A stretch of DNA of 64,000 nt from Octopus vulgaris (Eukaryota). The stretch lies in assembly GCA_951406725.2 (NCBI GenBank), contig OX597815.1, positions 141,360,001-141,424,000 on the forward strand, in the 5' to 3' direction. The notes beneath the pieces are model-generated. The model saw nothing but the letters and a program-made list of their open reading frames with translations. It ran no database searches and was not told the DNA's origin. The position numbers were made by a program, and so were the translations under genes. This document shows, one piece after another, positions 1 to 15,040 of this stretch. How positions within the stretch are numbered: the first letter of the stretch is position 1; each line of letters opens with the position of its first letter.

Positions 1-339
1 TACGTATTATGCATTAAAGTTTCTAATGTGTGCGTTTATTTGTTTGTTTATGCATGTGATAGGTGTTTGTCAGTGTTGTGTTTACGCGGTGGTGGTTTTG
101 TCGGCATACTTGATTGGCTCATTGTAAGGCTTACACACTAATAAATTGAGCCTCTGTTGAAATTGTAACGCTTCATTTTCAGTTATCGTGTCATGTTTCA
201 CCTGAATGTTAGATAGTCTGACTCTAACCCATATATTATTTATCTGTTGGTGTCTTTAAAAGTGTTTTCTCTTCAACCTTACCGTCAGTAGATGCCCTTT
301 TAACATCCATTAAAAACACCATCTATTAAATACCCCTTC

Positions 340-1085
340 ACTATGAACTCAATTTATTAATATATCCACAAGAATAATGGTGACCACCCATAAACAAACG
401 ATGCGGACACACACACACACACATAGACACATACACATGCATGTGACCATCTTCCCATACCATACATTCATGCATAGAAATATCCAAATATAAATTCAAA
501 AAATTACAAATTGCTATGCGCACACACACATGTACATACACACACGTGTACATACACACATGCACAAAACTATTGGTATAAAAACAATTCCATAAAGAAA
601 GAATGTCCTCGCAATGTAACCCCGCAAAGATCACTCAGCCGTGGAATGCACCATTTATTCAATATATAACTATAGAGACACACTGAATTACTATCACAAA
701 TATAACCATTAAAACGAAATATAAATTAAGAACCTTACAAACACAAAATAAAAGAAAACAACTAAAAAATTATAGATTATGAATAACAATAATTACATAA
801 ATAGAAAAAGAAATAATTCAACAAAAGCGCTCAGTTACATCATACCAATAAACCATAGATAAATGAATAACACTCCTCACCTACAACTTCAAGAAATACA
901 AGAGCAACATCAGAGAAAACATGAAAAATGGAAAACATGAAAAATTTAACCGACCAACGAATACAAACACTAGGACACGTATTTATACCCCCATTATCCA
1001 GTAATAATATTTCACCCGAAGATCGTAATTGCACGAAACTCGAGTCCTGACGCAAATTCTCCATTTCACTTTCAATATAAAATTA
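340..1085 (+). mobile_element. Decayed Penelope-like terminal repeat-type sequence with degenerate hammerhead motif (1012-1050)
   Basis: A-rich tract ending in CCGAAGA-tcgtaattgcac-GAAA-ctcgag-TC with a palindromic stem III (ACTCGAGT). Patchy inverted similarity to 28-260 (e.g. taataaattgag / ctcaatttatta). Confidence 0.4.
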
Positions 1086-1961
1086 CGTGTGTGTATGTGT
1101 GTGTGTGTGTGCATGTTAGTGTAGTTTTTATATGAAATTGGTGCATAGATAACATATGTTTTGGGTAAAAGCTATATACATATATCAAGCCGTATGCATA
1201 TATGTTATATAAGTTGAATTGACAACTAATGGTATGATGCAAACACTAAGAATAGATTAACTGACTCTTCTTGTAAGGATACATAGAATAACAGCAATGA
1301 TAAACTTATACAATAGCCAAGAATGAGGATGGAAGATGGTCACTTATGCCTTTGACATTCTCTATATACGTAAAGTCACCCACACAGCGAATGTGTCTGC
1401 GTAAAACGCGCATTTGAATTATTGATTTGTGAGGAACTTCAAGTCGTACTTGTGAGAGTGTAAATAGAATTGTGGAAATCTATTAGACCTGTAATATAGC
1501 AGGTAGCTTGCAACATTATTCTTTCTCTTGGTGATCCTTAAGAATTGTTAAACATTATGATGATGTCTACGTAATCATTATTATGAACATCACAGTCGTA
1601 AACTATAATGCATAAATGTATAAGGAACATTAAAACAAATTCCAGTCTGTAGAAAAAACACTGTCCGAATAGCAATGCAGTAATAGCAATGCAATAAAAG
1701 CAATGCAGCAAACGTTATGAAATAACCATTGTTTTATAAAAAAAATGTATTTCCATTTGTCTTTATAGTATATGTAATCTCATGTGTATTTATGAGTGTA
1801 TGCTTGGGTGCATGCGTCTCAACGTGTCTGTGTGCTGTGTGTCCGTATGTACGTGTGCGTGTCTGTGTGCGGTCCTCTATGTATGTATATACGTATATAA
1901 GTACACATTTGTGTATAAATATAGCTATATCTATACCAAAGTATGTACAAATTTATATATA

Positions 1962-1964
<3 letters not shown>

Positions 1965-2000
<36 letters not shown>

Positions 2001-2025
2001 CGTATATATATATATATATATATAC
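1965..2025. repeat. (TA)n microsatellite
   Basis: Direct reading; source of the YIYI ORFs. Confidence 0.95.
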
Positions 2026-3647
2026 ACACGCTAACATAATATTTCTCTGTGTGTATGTGTGTTTGTGTTTGTATGTTTATCCGTGTGTATATTTGTGTCT
2101 GTTGTTTCAGATAGATTAATATCCACATTGCTGAAATATGTTCTTATATGTAGTTAATTAATGCCCTGTCGAACAGAAAACATATTTATAGCAACTATGA
2201 AATGTGAAGTTGTTTTTAGAAGGCTTTATTGCTCTTGTATGTCAGTAATGATCTGTCGTTCAAAATCAATGACCTCCATGTTTTACGATAATACATCCAG
2301 GCTATTATTTTACTATTTCACTGAAGCCCAGTGGTGGCGGGGTGATATGACGTATTGTATTAATTCACTGCATCCTATTATTCACTGGAAGCTATTTCTT
2401 TCCTTTTTGATACGATTGCTTTCGTTGTTCCAAGGGATAGTTTATTGTGTAACGCTGTTTTGAATGGTGTTCTTTTTAGCATTTATTATTTAAATTAACA
2501 ACCTATCAAATGCTGCTTATTTTAAGGAAATACCATCCATTCGTTCACACTTCTGCTCAGAACAGTCAAATGAATCAAAGAGAAACTTTTTTTCCTCTGC
2601 ACGGTTACTTTTGATCCATGGCCAGCAGTGAATTAATTCTAAACAGAAACGATGTTTTATTATATACATTATGAAACCACGCGAACATGTTTATAATAAA
2701 CACATTATAATGGAGTGAATGAATTTTGTTTTTATTGTTGCTTCAATCGTAACATTAGGAGCACCATGTCGGTGAGGCATGACTTCTTAATAATGGATCT
2801 CTTTCAAAATGATATGCTTTAACACGCACAGCAACCGTTTCTTAGTGTCTATACAAACCACTAACGTTGCTTAAAAGGTTTGTGAATTTCGGTAAACAGG
2901 AATATAAAATATATCCGAGTTTACTTTGATGAATGGATACATAAAATATAATAATATATAATAAATATACCCAGCAAAATTTTAAAGCTTCACCGATGAG
3001 ACGATATCCAAAACTTATAAATGTATAAGTTATGAAAACCTTAAATTCAAGTAAAAAATAAAGTACTGAAGCAGTGTTATATGCTTAATTTATTTGTTTA
3101 TAGATTGATATTTTTGAAAACTACAGTGGCTGAATGAAAGGTCACTATAGAAAGACGGCTTAAAGTATTTTTAAAAATGAAATCTGGGAAAAATATATAT
3201 GCATTTGAATACTGGTATCCAAGGTATTAGTTAGATATCAGAAATTCTAAGGTACACATCTTTTACTGCATGTTTTTCATATCTATATTTACAATTTATT
3301 TTAAATGGATCGATTACTGACAGTCGTCATTTATCCTATACTTGATGGATGTTCGAGATGAAACAACCTACCATGTAATGAATATATGAATATAGCAAAT
3401 ATAGATTCTAAAGTCGAGGTTAATAGTTTTATCGTGGTTTGGACATCTAAAAATATTTGTGCGCTTATGATTGAATGAAGGGAGTCATAAATGAATTCTA
3501 AAAATGCATTACTATATTATCAATATATATATATAATCATATCAAAAGGAAATGGAATTTAATTAAAATTAAAACATTCAATCAAAATTTTCATTTCCAA
3601 TGGTCTAACGTGCAAAGAAATTAGTCAAGAAGACTGTATATTAGTCA

Positions 3648-3833
3648 TACGATATAGTGTATATTTATACACATAAGGAATCCACTTGTAGGGAATTCAA
3701 CACATTAGAAAGAACAGCTAGGTTCTGTAAATAATTTTATCCATTATTTTTGTGGTTTACAGAACCTAGCTGTTCTTTCTAATGTGTTGAATTCCCTACA
3801 AATGGATTCCTTATGTGTATACACTATATCGTA
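3648..3833. repeat. Near-perfect long inverted repeat (hairpin)
   Basis: Arm 3648-3731 is the reverse complement of 3756-3833 except for one 6-nt indel and one mismatch; 24-nt loop. Confidence 0.95.
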
Positions 3834-3836
3834 TTC

Positions 3837-3881
<45 letters not shown>

Positions 3882-4959
3882 GAGGGAGAGAGAGAGAGAG
3901 AAAGAGAGAGATTCTTTACATAGTTTGCGCGGTATTGTGCAGTAACTCAAGTGTGTTTTACCCACAAACCTCTTCAGCTACAGATCAAGGAATTATACTC
4001 AGAACGTTATTAGTTTATCGTTGTTTAACATGAAATATATTTCTGTTCAATTTACATGAGATTAAATTGATAGTGACAGCTTTAATGGGAAAATGACCTC
4101 GAAAATTAAATCTGGAACATAGTTAAAACTTCAGTTCCATAGAGTGGATTTAGAAGCCAGTTAAAACGCAAAATATTTGTCTGTGAGTTAAGTTAAATAA
4201 TATATTAATAAATCGTTCATGTAAATAAGTTTTCTTATCTGCAGATATTTGTGTCTTAAAACTATTTATTTTAGTATGTTGCCATACATACTTATACATT
4301 AGTTAAGTGCAGCCATGAATTTTATCAGATATTTAATGTTTTCATTACAAGTATGTATTCATCTTCAGTCAATATAAAGTAAATATATTTTTGGTATATT
4401 TCAATGACAAGTAATAGTGCTCAATACAAGACGTTCATGTTATTCCAGATATATGTGGTGTATGACGTTAATGTTTAACTTATAGATCCTATGAACAAGT
4501 GCTTGTAAAGAAAAGCTGCCTCCAATCAAGTATCCTAAAATGACTTTGGTGGACAAGTTAACATTTTGTGGATGAGGCGATGAATGAAGAGACAGGAACG
4601 GGATTAAATAAAATTGAAATTTATAAATTCGTACTTTTGAGGAATAAACCTCTGTATCTCAGGTAGAAAAAATAACAGAAAAAACATAAATCATGTTGAT
4701 AGATCGTTTATGGAATGACTTCTCTGTAGTAAATGTGTATTCAATGAGCACAAGCCCCGTATTTATTTTTAGTAGTATGTAATAAAAATAGGTACATATT
4801 TGTCGTATTTAAGAGTATCGTCACTCTTAAAGGGATCTGCCTCCTCCTATTTGTTTAATTAGCACTAATTAGCTTTTAAATATAGTACAACCTGAAACAT
4901 CAAACTGACATATCTCCTCAAATCTCCTCATAATCCCCATTTGTATCATATTCCAAGAT

Positions 4960-5200
4960 TCTTATCAGGTGTGCACAAGTGTCATATTGGAAAATCCTCG
5001 CCATCTTCCCATCTAACAAGGAGTCCCTTGCGTTGCACTTATGCATAAATGTGATCAATACCAAGCGTCAATCACTTTCTCAAATTTTCAGTGGCGGAAA
5101 TCCTTTAGAGTCATTGTTCTCGAATCAGAGAGAACGGCAGTTAATATTCCGACTAAGAAACAATTAACTTTTGTAGTTTTACGGTGTTTTAAACAATTGC
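4960..5200 (-). mobile_element. Possible Tigger/pogo-type DNA-binding domain remnant
   Basis: Minus-strand fragment LITFMHKCNARDSLLDGKMARIF loosely resembles the CENP-B-type helix-turn-helix of pogo transposases; many stops. Confidence 0.25.
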
Positions 5201-6951
5201 AAACTATCTCTACCCTGTGTCAAATTCGTCAGTTGCAGTGATATTCTTCCGACTGAAATCAGCATATCTTTTAACTTTTTTGTAATACATTAATCTCCAA
5301 GCCATGCTTTCTGAATATATACTAATTTTGAACCTTCTTCGTTTGTACTTAAAGTTTTCTCTCTTTACAGTTCAAAGAAGAGGGAAAATGCCGTTTTTAT
5401 TTTTCTATCGGATATTTAGTCTAAAGGGCTTATATATATTCAGTCTAAATATCTTCTCAACATATTTCTGTTTACATAACGATATGCATACACTTAGAGA
5501 TACGTACGGCTAGAAACTGATGGCGTATCTACGGTGTGACACCCTACAGAATCTAGGAATAAAGCATTAGCCATAAATATAGAAATAACAAATTAGATAC
5601 AATACTCTACGAAACTCATATAAGGCAGGATGATCATAACTGGAATGTGCATATCTATGGCTAAAGAAACACAAGGTTACTAAAGCTTACGCACAATTTC
5701 ACGAGACACAGCTAATGTACTCCTGGTAATATTCTTTACAGAGACGCATAAGTTTTAATTTCTTGGAACAACACAAATACCGACTCAATTCTGCAAATAT
5801 AAAGCAATCATTTTACTATGACATCCTCATTACATCCGAAAAAGAAACAAGTAAATTGCTTAAATTGCTTAAAAGTGACTATGGGTCATAACCGATGAAG
5901 ACTCATGATGCAGTTGCGTCCATGGTTTTCTCAAATCTGCATCAAATACCGAATTTAACAGAGCACAAGAACACATACAACGCTATTCACATTGCCGCGT
6001 AAACACGTAAACAGCTTCAATCGCACTGAAAGTAGCTATCTGACGAACAAAAAACTGAGGAACCTATGAAGTTCTGAAGCTCAGTTCCGAAAGATTTCTT
6101 ATCGCTATCTGTTTTACCATTATTATACTGGACCATTAACCTTCATTTAATTTACTATAACACAGATTTGTTCATCTCGTTTGATCACATCTCAATCTCA
6201 TCTTCGGATCTCTTATTGAGCAATTCTTTCACCGAAGGGTACGTTTATTTGAAATCCATATATGTTTCTCCATCTTACATGCACCGACAATTGTTCAACC
6301 TAAACATGTATCGCAACAATTTTCCCAATTTGAGAGGATTTGTGCAGGTGATTTAATTTTCCCCTGTAGTCAATATAGTTCCTTATAATATGTTATTAAT
6401 AATCATAAGACAATGAATTCATAGAATATATATTTACCCTAAGGTAAATATATATGAAATTGTAATATAAACCTAATTTCGGAACATTTGAATAATCAGA
6501 ATGTTATAAGACAATCAAAGACTGGTAGGAAGTTGCCCAATCCGCGCAATAATTAATATTTTATCAACAATACTAACATTATCCACTGTGTCCCTTTTAA
6601 ATGTGCCTCAAAATTGTAAATTGCCCTAAGAAAATATTGTAAGGAAGCTAATGGATCATCCTTGCCTGTCATTATAAACTGCTCTTCAAAATTATAAATC
6701 CAGAGCACTGCCTGCTTTTTCTAGTGAAATATACTATCCAAATTCATGCAACGCACATCTAAATGCGAATTAGAATAGAAGGCATTGCAATAATCAAATT
6801 TATTGAAAAATCAAATCTAGATTAGATAATAATTAAAAATGAAACGTACAGACCAAGAAACCTGTTCAAAACAATAACACCAGGTCGAATAATGATGTTC
6901 AACAGGGTAATTATGATATATTTCAATAATACTCACATGCAATGCATAAAC

Positions 6952-7940
6952 ATAAGTTTGTTTCACCACCGCATTTCTGAATTACGTCAAAGACATGCGA
7001 TTTCCTGCTCACAATGAAAGTGTACAGCGGATCAAAGGGAAGCTCTTCCCAGGTTTTATGTATTAGCATTTCAAGTTCATCAACAGATAAAAACTGCTTG
7101 CCTTCGCTTTACACAACATTCGCAAGATATCCTGAAGGTTTTCTGTACAGGATTACGGTGGGAACATCTTGCTGGTCATGACATGACTTCAACTCCAGTT
7201 GCATGTAGGAAATCCAAAGTTGTTTCTTCTTTATGAATAGGATCAATGTCCTATTCAACTATGAGGTTCTCGCTACGGCGCCTTCTTCCTTCTTTGTCAA
7301 TGTGAGCCCCGTCCAACATATCAATGTATAGTGCAGCATTCAAATGGCTATCTATAATTGCAAGTGGTAACTTCCTATCGGCAGATATTGCTCCTCACCA
7401 TAAGACCTCCTCTACTGTTCTGCCACCTGGAATAAATAGAATTTTGTGTATATTTATCTGCCCAGTAATACTTATCTGCCCAGTAATACAAATTCCCTTT
7501 TTCTGAACAGAGAACAGGACCCTGATCCATTCACCATACCACGTCTGATTCGGCATAGCAATCTCCAATTTAACAGTTTTGAGGGTCGGGAGACAATAAC
7601 GTATGCCCTTGCCATTTCTTCAGGTGTAAAAGATAGTTCAATATCACCTTCTTACTAGGGATGCCGTGGCTTCAACTGCTGATGTCTTGATTTTAGAAAC
7701 AGAGGAGCAGCTTGACTTCTTCCCTACTCTGACAATGTCCATTTCATCCCTTTCTGAGGTAACTTTTGGACTTCCACCAGTATGAACCAAGTTGTAGCTG
7801 TCATAATCTTTCAGAAAATTATCCACTGGCGTTCAGCTTCACCGAATCTTCACGGCTATCTTTCGGTTACTCATTCCTTCCACTTGCAGTGCAAGAATCT
7901 CCCGTTGCTCAATTTCGGAAAATTTTGTAACGTTAGGTAT
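6952..7940 (-). pseudogene. Tc1/Tc3-like transposase pseudogene
   Basis: Minus-strand translation across stops and frameshifts gives the N-terminal HTH SEIEQREILALQVEGMSNRKIAVKI..VDNFLKD, then YYWADK, GGLMV, *DIDPIH..T..FL..GVEVMS*PARCSHRNP (equivalent to QDNAPIH..WPARSPDLNP), and EGKQF.SV.EL..I..TWEEL. Confidence 0.85.
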
Positions 7941-10256
7941 ACTAAAAATGTAATCTGGATCATGAAGAATACGGCTAAGTTGAATATTTTCGGAAACATT
8001 CTGGTAAAAAATGAAAATATATTAGTGGCTTTGTGGATTTGTAATGTTGATAAGCTAGGAAAAATTGTAATGTGTTATTATGTGACAATAAAGGTACAAG
8101 GTTTATATTTCAAAGTATTCATGAAATGCCAATTTACAACATATTATGCCCTTAGTCAGCTTAAATACAGAGCTAGATTTCTAACTTTAAAAAATATGAG
8201 GGTTTATAGTTTTGAATAGTAGTTTAGCTGCGCGTTTACAGGGGTCTCTTTTAGTATAATTACATTAAGGAAAGTGATTTATAAATCGGTAAAATGATAG
8301 AGAGTAATGGGTATACACCCCAGTATATAAACATATATATTGCACACATGCATTATTGTCGTTTTGCCCAAATACGTTCAGAGGTTAAAAATTTAAAGTT
8401 TGTACCATTATTTTCAAAACCGAATATATGAGTCTAGTGGTGAGAGTCGTCAGATATAATGATTCCGCAAAACATTTAGCTTATGTGAATATAATACAGT
8501 GAGGAAACTGACAATATTAGAAATATTCATATATTTAAACACTCGTAAATGTATGGATATGAACATGTACAAATTTATTATCTTTAACTTATATCTCACA
8601 TGCATACGTGTGAGTACATGGCTGCATATACACGCAATAAGGCACATCGCTAAATCTTAATATAGTCTCCGTAATTCCTGAATTGGAATGGTCTTAAATG
8701 GATGCTATAATATAGCTGAATACAACATGCATGGTTTCATTTGTAGAGAATGAGCGTACATAATCCATCTGCGTTCGTGTTGTATTATCCTGAGTACGAA
8801 ATTAGATCCTTTGCTAAAATTACATTCACTCTTTCCCTGTTTACTACAGGATAATATCGATATTGAAGTATTTCGAGTTTAATATTCATATTTTCTGGAT
8901 TTTTTCCTCACATCGATTGCTGTGTAGTTTATATCACTGCTTATATTCATTGTACAATCAACAGCTGAATGTTATCACATTAATATATACTGTCGCATAT
9001 ATTGACTACTATCGTAAAAATTCCCTGCAGGCATTCGTGTTTCTGAATTTTCTAATTCGTTATTCCCCTCAACGAAATACAGCGTAGAATATGTTGTTTA
9101 TCTGCAATGGTGGATTTACTGGAAAATAAATCAATGTAGAAATGGTCAGTTTTGCGTTGACTTACTTTGTGATGTACCATAGAGTCATATCAATTTTCGA
9201 TTTCGATTTTTTCTTTATATATTTGGAGGTGAAAAGTGACGGAAATTGAAAAGTAGAATATGACCTCAAGATCCCTATAAATTCATGATTTCAGGTGTTG
9301 TACATATACTGGAAATAGCTTTGGGAACACACGTATCAGATTTACAATTCTCATTTTTTATGCTCGAAATTTCTGTTTAAGTCAATGAAATATAATTCTA
9401 TAAAAGCCAGAGATATGTGCTATGGAATTGTATTTGATTAAAAGATTTCTTTGTTAATTTATATTCAACTGTGTTCCCATAGAATAAAGCTAACAAAATG
9501 TGTATTATAATGGAAAATTAAATTTCCAACAACAGATGTTCTTGGATATCAATTTTTTCCATTTATAATTAGATAATGTGAGGCTAAAACGAGAAAATGA
9601 GGGTATTATTCGAGTCTCTTTTTCGTTTTCATACAAAGTAAACTTAATAACGTCTCATCATTTCACCTTTTATGGAGATCTATAGCAACGATTCACACAT
9701 GCTTTCGAAGTAGGGATCCAGATTTGAAGGGAAATATAAAGAGAAGCATACCACCATGAATATACAAAAATTCAATATAAAAATGTTCTCATGTCACTAG
9801 TTTCTATTCATTAGTGTTTTCATTGAAATCATTCCACGGAACATTTTTTTTCATTCAAGTATTAATGAAATTAAGTACAAAATTAAATATCACACGTAAT
9901 TGCGAGCTAAGACTTTGGCCTTAATACCATTAAATACTGTATTCTTTTATGCATTTTCGTTTTATGTGTTATAGAATTTTTGTTAGATTGGAAAATTATA
10001 TTATCATACATTAAATATCAAAATGTCTGTACATGGGCTCATTTATGAGGGGGAATACGAATGTTTCCTGATCCAGGTTTTCAAGATTAAATCATATTTT
10101 CTTTTATATTTTGAAAATACAATTTAATACAGCATTCACTATTGAAGAATGTATATTCACTGTATGTATATATGTATCTATGTATGTATGTATGTATGGA
10201 TGGATGGGTCAGTGCATGTATGTACGTTTATATACATATGTATATGTAAGTGCATT

Positions 10257-10287
<31 letters not shown>

Positions 10288-11223
10288 CTGTGTGTGCATT
10301 TTAGTATATGTATTAACTACCTGACGCGTATGGTGTATGATTTGGAATTAATAAGGGAACGCAAAGCTTCATTATTCTTACTTGGCTAGTGTATTTTAAT
10401 TGAATATTTGATTCTTTTCAGGAAAAATAATTGAATATGTGCCGTTAATATAAAGAGTCACATCAGAATTTGCCTCCAGAAGATCTGTCTAAAAGATACG
10501 GATTTGAATTTCATTAACTTTGTTGAGCTTCCACGTATCACGTAAGAATTAAATGTGAAATTATTGTTCTGTATACTTATATATTGTCTTCCCGAAGAAA
10601 ACTAATTTTCAAACGATGTTCCTCTATTCTGCGATGGAACTATTGGTTTGAAATATATATTAGAAAATGACTGTAACAAGACGATCTTTATGTATCATTC
10701 AATTTTATAGACACCTCAGTTTCATTTTCTGAAATACAAGTCTTATTTTTCTTTACGAAAAAATTTATTGAGCTAAATCGAAATATATAGGTTGTGCATT
10801 TCATTCTTCATCGAAACAATTATGATGGAATTGAATGTCGTGCAGACCATTAGATGCAGTTTAACCATTGGAATGCATTTAAGATATATTCAGGTGTGGG
10901 TTCCCATGCAATTTTACATGAAAATATTGTAATATATAATAACCTAGAAATGTTTATATAGTGTGCGATATATTTCGTTACACATATGCATAATATATAT
11001 TTCGCACTTGTATGCTGGCATGTAAAAAGCTCTCCACTCACTCAACAAGTTCATAGCACGTACAAATTATGCATATATACATATATATACTTATCCATAT
11101 ATATGTGTGTGTGTGTGTTTGCGTGTGTGTGTGCACACATATACATACACACACACAAATATATATATATATATAGATATAGATATATATATATATAGAT
11201 ATAGATATACACATATGTATTTG

Positions 11224-11349
<126 letters not shown>

Positions 11350-11350
11350 A

Positions 11351-11585
11351 GGCGCAATGGCCCAGCGGTTATGGCAGCGGACTCGTTGTCGGAGGATCGT
11401 GATTTCGAATCGCAGACCTAGCGTTGTGTGTGTCTATTGAGCGAAAACTTCCTCACACTCTTTCTCCTGTTTCTTTAGTAACGCTGCGATGGACAGGCGT
11501 CCCGTCCAGCTGGGGGAAACACATACGACATAGAAACCAGTAAACGGGGCCCATGAGCCTGGCTAGGCTTGAAAAAGGCGCATAA
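11351..11585 (+). mobile_element. tRNA-derived SINE (family B head, tail type 1)
   Basis: Head ggcgcaatggcccagcggtt (A box)...gatttcgaatcgc (B box). The head matches the minus-strand copy ending at 17052; the tail contains gcgatggacaggcgtcccgtccag. Confidence 0.8.
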
Positions 11586-13342
11586 TTCAAAAATATATAT
11601 ATGCATACACACATATCACGAGAAAAACATACCTTGTTGGAAATACGTTTTCTGGTTTTCAAATTATATGCCCAGAGGTTAGTCTAGACATTTTACCAGA
11701 GAGAATAGAACACAGGTGAAAACTAATTCCCGAATTAAATTTAGAGGAATAGATTGGGAGAAACGTGAAAATAAATTCGATTCTATAGTTACTTCATCAT
11801 TTAAAGAACATACACGTAATTCAACACAGCGCTACTTAATTTTAATAGAATCACTCTCAATTGTTACATATGAATATGTGGAAAATAACCAAATCCGAAG
11901 TATTTCAACAGCTTAGAGTTGTGTGTTGCATATTCATTAGTTTCATCACTCATATAGGTCTCCGACCTTCAGAGGGCGATAGTGTTATTCGCAATACCAA
12001 GTAATTTGAAGTAGTTTTATTGCCTTTATTCTAAGTGATGTTCTGTATAGTTTCAGTTTTTAAAAACGGTTCCTTAACATAATATTACTTTTTAAAGTAA
12101 TATTATGGCAGGTCATGTACGAAACTAGCTTGTTAGTATATATTACCATAGATCGAATTCAGAAATACTATATAAAATGAAGTTATGGAAGTCGGTATTT
12201 TAATATACAGTAAAGTGGCTGGAGTACAAATTTCTAGTAGATTACAGATCTGTTTAAATACACATTTACATATAAGTCCCATTATAAAGATTAATATATT
12301 CGTAGAACTATAGAGATTAAAGCATTTGTAGATATAATGTGTTATAAAAAATAATCAGTGATTGCATTTCTCGAGAGAGGAGTGTGCCACATTTCTATTC
12401 AAGTGTGCTTTGTTCTATCTAAAAAAAATATATATCAGCAATTATAAATCGTCATCTAACTGTTAGCTTTCTCTGAAAAGTTCTCTAGAAAGTTTCATTC
12501 GGTTTATCATGATATATTGAAAATTCTACAATAATTTACAGAAATAGTAACTCAAATCTGACACTTTGCTAATCAGTTACTAACAGTTGCGGCATACCAA
12601 ACAGGAAATTAAGTTCATGTTGTCTTTCATTCAGAAATATAAATGAAAACAAATATATTGTAAAACCATACACTGTCGACAAAAAAATTTCCATCGGTTA
12701 TCCCGTTTTGAAACACTGAAAAAAACTTCTAATCTCCATTGGCCTCATCAGTCATTTTCTTGTTGATATTTCAATACAACTCGTACAATAATAGAAAATT
12801 TACAGAGAAAGAAAGGAAGATGTTTCATTTGCAACAAATCTGTAAATAGCGAGCAATGATCGATCATGCTTTTGGCCATTAAATATTGTTATATTACAGA
12901 GAAATAATAAATTGGGATGTGAATGGGTCTATCTGTCTCAAAATATACATCTACGCTTACTTCAAATTTGGCAATTTTAAAATGGTTTCTAATTTCGGGT
13001 GGGATGGTGTGTAGTTATAATAAATGACTATTGGTATACTTGAAGTTAGTGAGACGTGAGAAATTCACTGCCAAAAGTTAGACAACAATAATTAAGTCAA
13101 GGTCAAGGTATGTAAAATGATAGAAATATTGTGATAAAAATATCTCAGTTTGGAACAATATTTTCCAACAAAAACATTGCAATAATATTCACGTGCCAAA
13201 ATACAAAGGCAGGCAAACGTGGAGATATATAGAGAGAGATAGATTGGGAAGAGAAAGAGAAAGATAGAAATAAAGAGAAGCATACATATCTGAGTGGTTC
13301 ATATACATTTTCCTCTGTCTATATATTACAGAAATTTCTATT

Positions 13343-13670
<328 letters not shown>

Positions 13671-13925
13671 TGTAGTCATAAGTCTCGCATATAGTTACGT
13701 ATGTCGCAATAAATCCATCTAGGAACTGAATGTGGCGCTGTATTTCAAATTCATGTAATGCTTGCATTGATCGATCAAATGGAGCTGCCTAAAACGGCCG
13801 TATTGCATTAATACCTCCATATCCATCTTATTATTTGATTTTTATTCACGTTACTTTCAGCCCTGCAAATAATACCGGACTCTTGGCGCATTAACTAATT
13901 GTACCTTATTCAACTGAATATTCAT

Positions 13926-13976
<51 letters not shown>

Positions 13977-14050
13977 AACATACATATACACACACACTCA
14001 CACACATGTATACATATATATACGCATGTATGTATGTATAGATACATGTG

Positions 14051-14087
<37 letters not shown>

Positions 14088-14846
14088 TCATGCATATATA
14101 CATAGAGATAGATAGATAAATAGATAGATTGATAGACAGACAGATAAACCGATACACAGATAGATTGATAGATAAATAGATGGATACAATCAAAGTTGTA
14201 GAACCAAAGTACTCGGAAAAAATTTAAAGGTAACGTAATTCAAATGAAGAAGGAATTAAAATTTCACGCAGGAATCAGTAAAGCACTCAATTTTAAATGA
14301 ACATCGCAAAGTTTATTTAGCAATCAGACACTAATAAATGCAATTAGAATTCACACCCAAGGTAATTCCTCATGTATGAGAAGTAGATTCAAATACCATT
14401 GGGAAGTATTTCGAGAATTTCAGAGTATTAGACAACAGAAATACTTTATATTTAACTAATATTTGATTGCTTTGAAAATGTTGTTATAATGATTTTTAAT
14501 GACAATTTCCATACCTAAAAAGTGTTCATACAATAGAAACAGTTGCGTTGTCAGCTTCGGAAAGTGAACTCTACAATTAAAGATATTACCTTCTCTGTGC
14601 GTGCTTTTTTGTTGTGTTAGTCTTTTAACTTTTATTTTGTCTTTCTATCTTATATACGCTAATTAAATATAAACTCAATCCACTCTATTTAACATTCATT
14701 CTATACTGAATGGTTGTACAGTATGGACAGATATCGTTTGGGTTCATTTTTTAATTTATATATCTGATATAATCTCTCACTTCTGCCACTATCTGACATA
14801 TACAGGTGCTTATACTTATCAAATATTCACTCTAAACTTACAGTAC

Positions 14847-14847
<1 letters not shown>

Positions 14848-14910
<63 letters not shown>

Positions 14911-15040
14911 ATATATATACATATATATATGTGTGTGTGTGTGTGTATGCACTACGCACACCCAAACACACGTACAGACACGCACACACACAATGTACAC
15001 ACAGACAGACAGACAGACAGACACACACACACACACACAC

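Noticed and set aside
6426-6455. 13-bp perfect hairpin atatatatttacc-ctaa-ggtaaatatatat
   Set aside because: Mostly self-complementary AT repeat; plausible by chance in this composition.
10421-10541. AG...GTAAG-bounded exon-like segment
   Set aside because: Stops in all three frames; a non-coding exon cannot be supported without RNA data.
12725-12760. CTGATGAG on the minus strand as a hammerhead
   Set aside because: No GAAA at the right spacing and no stems.
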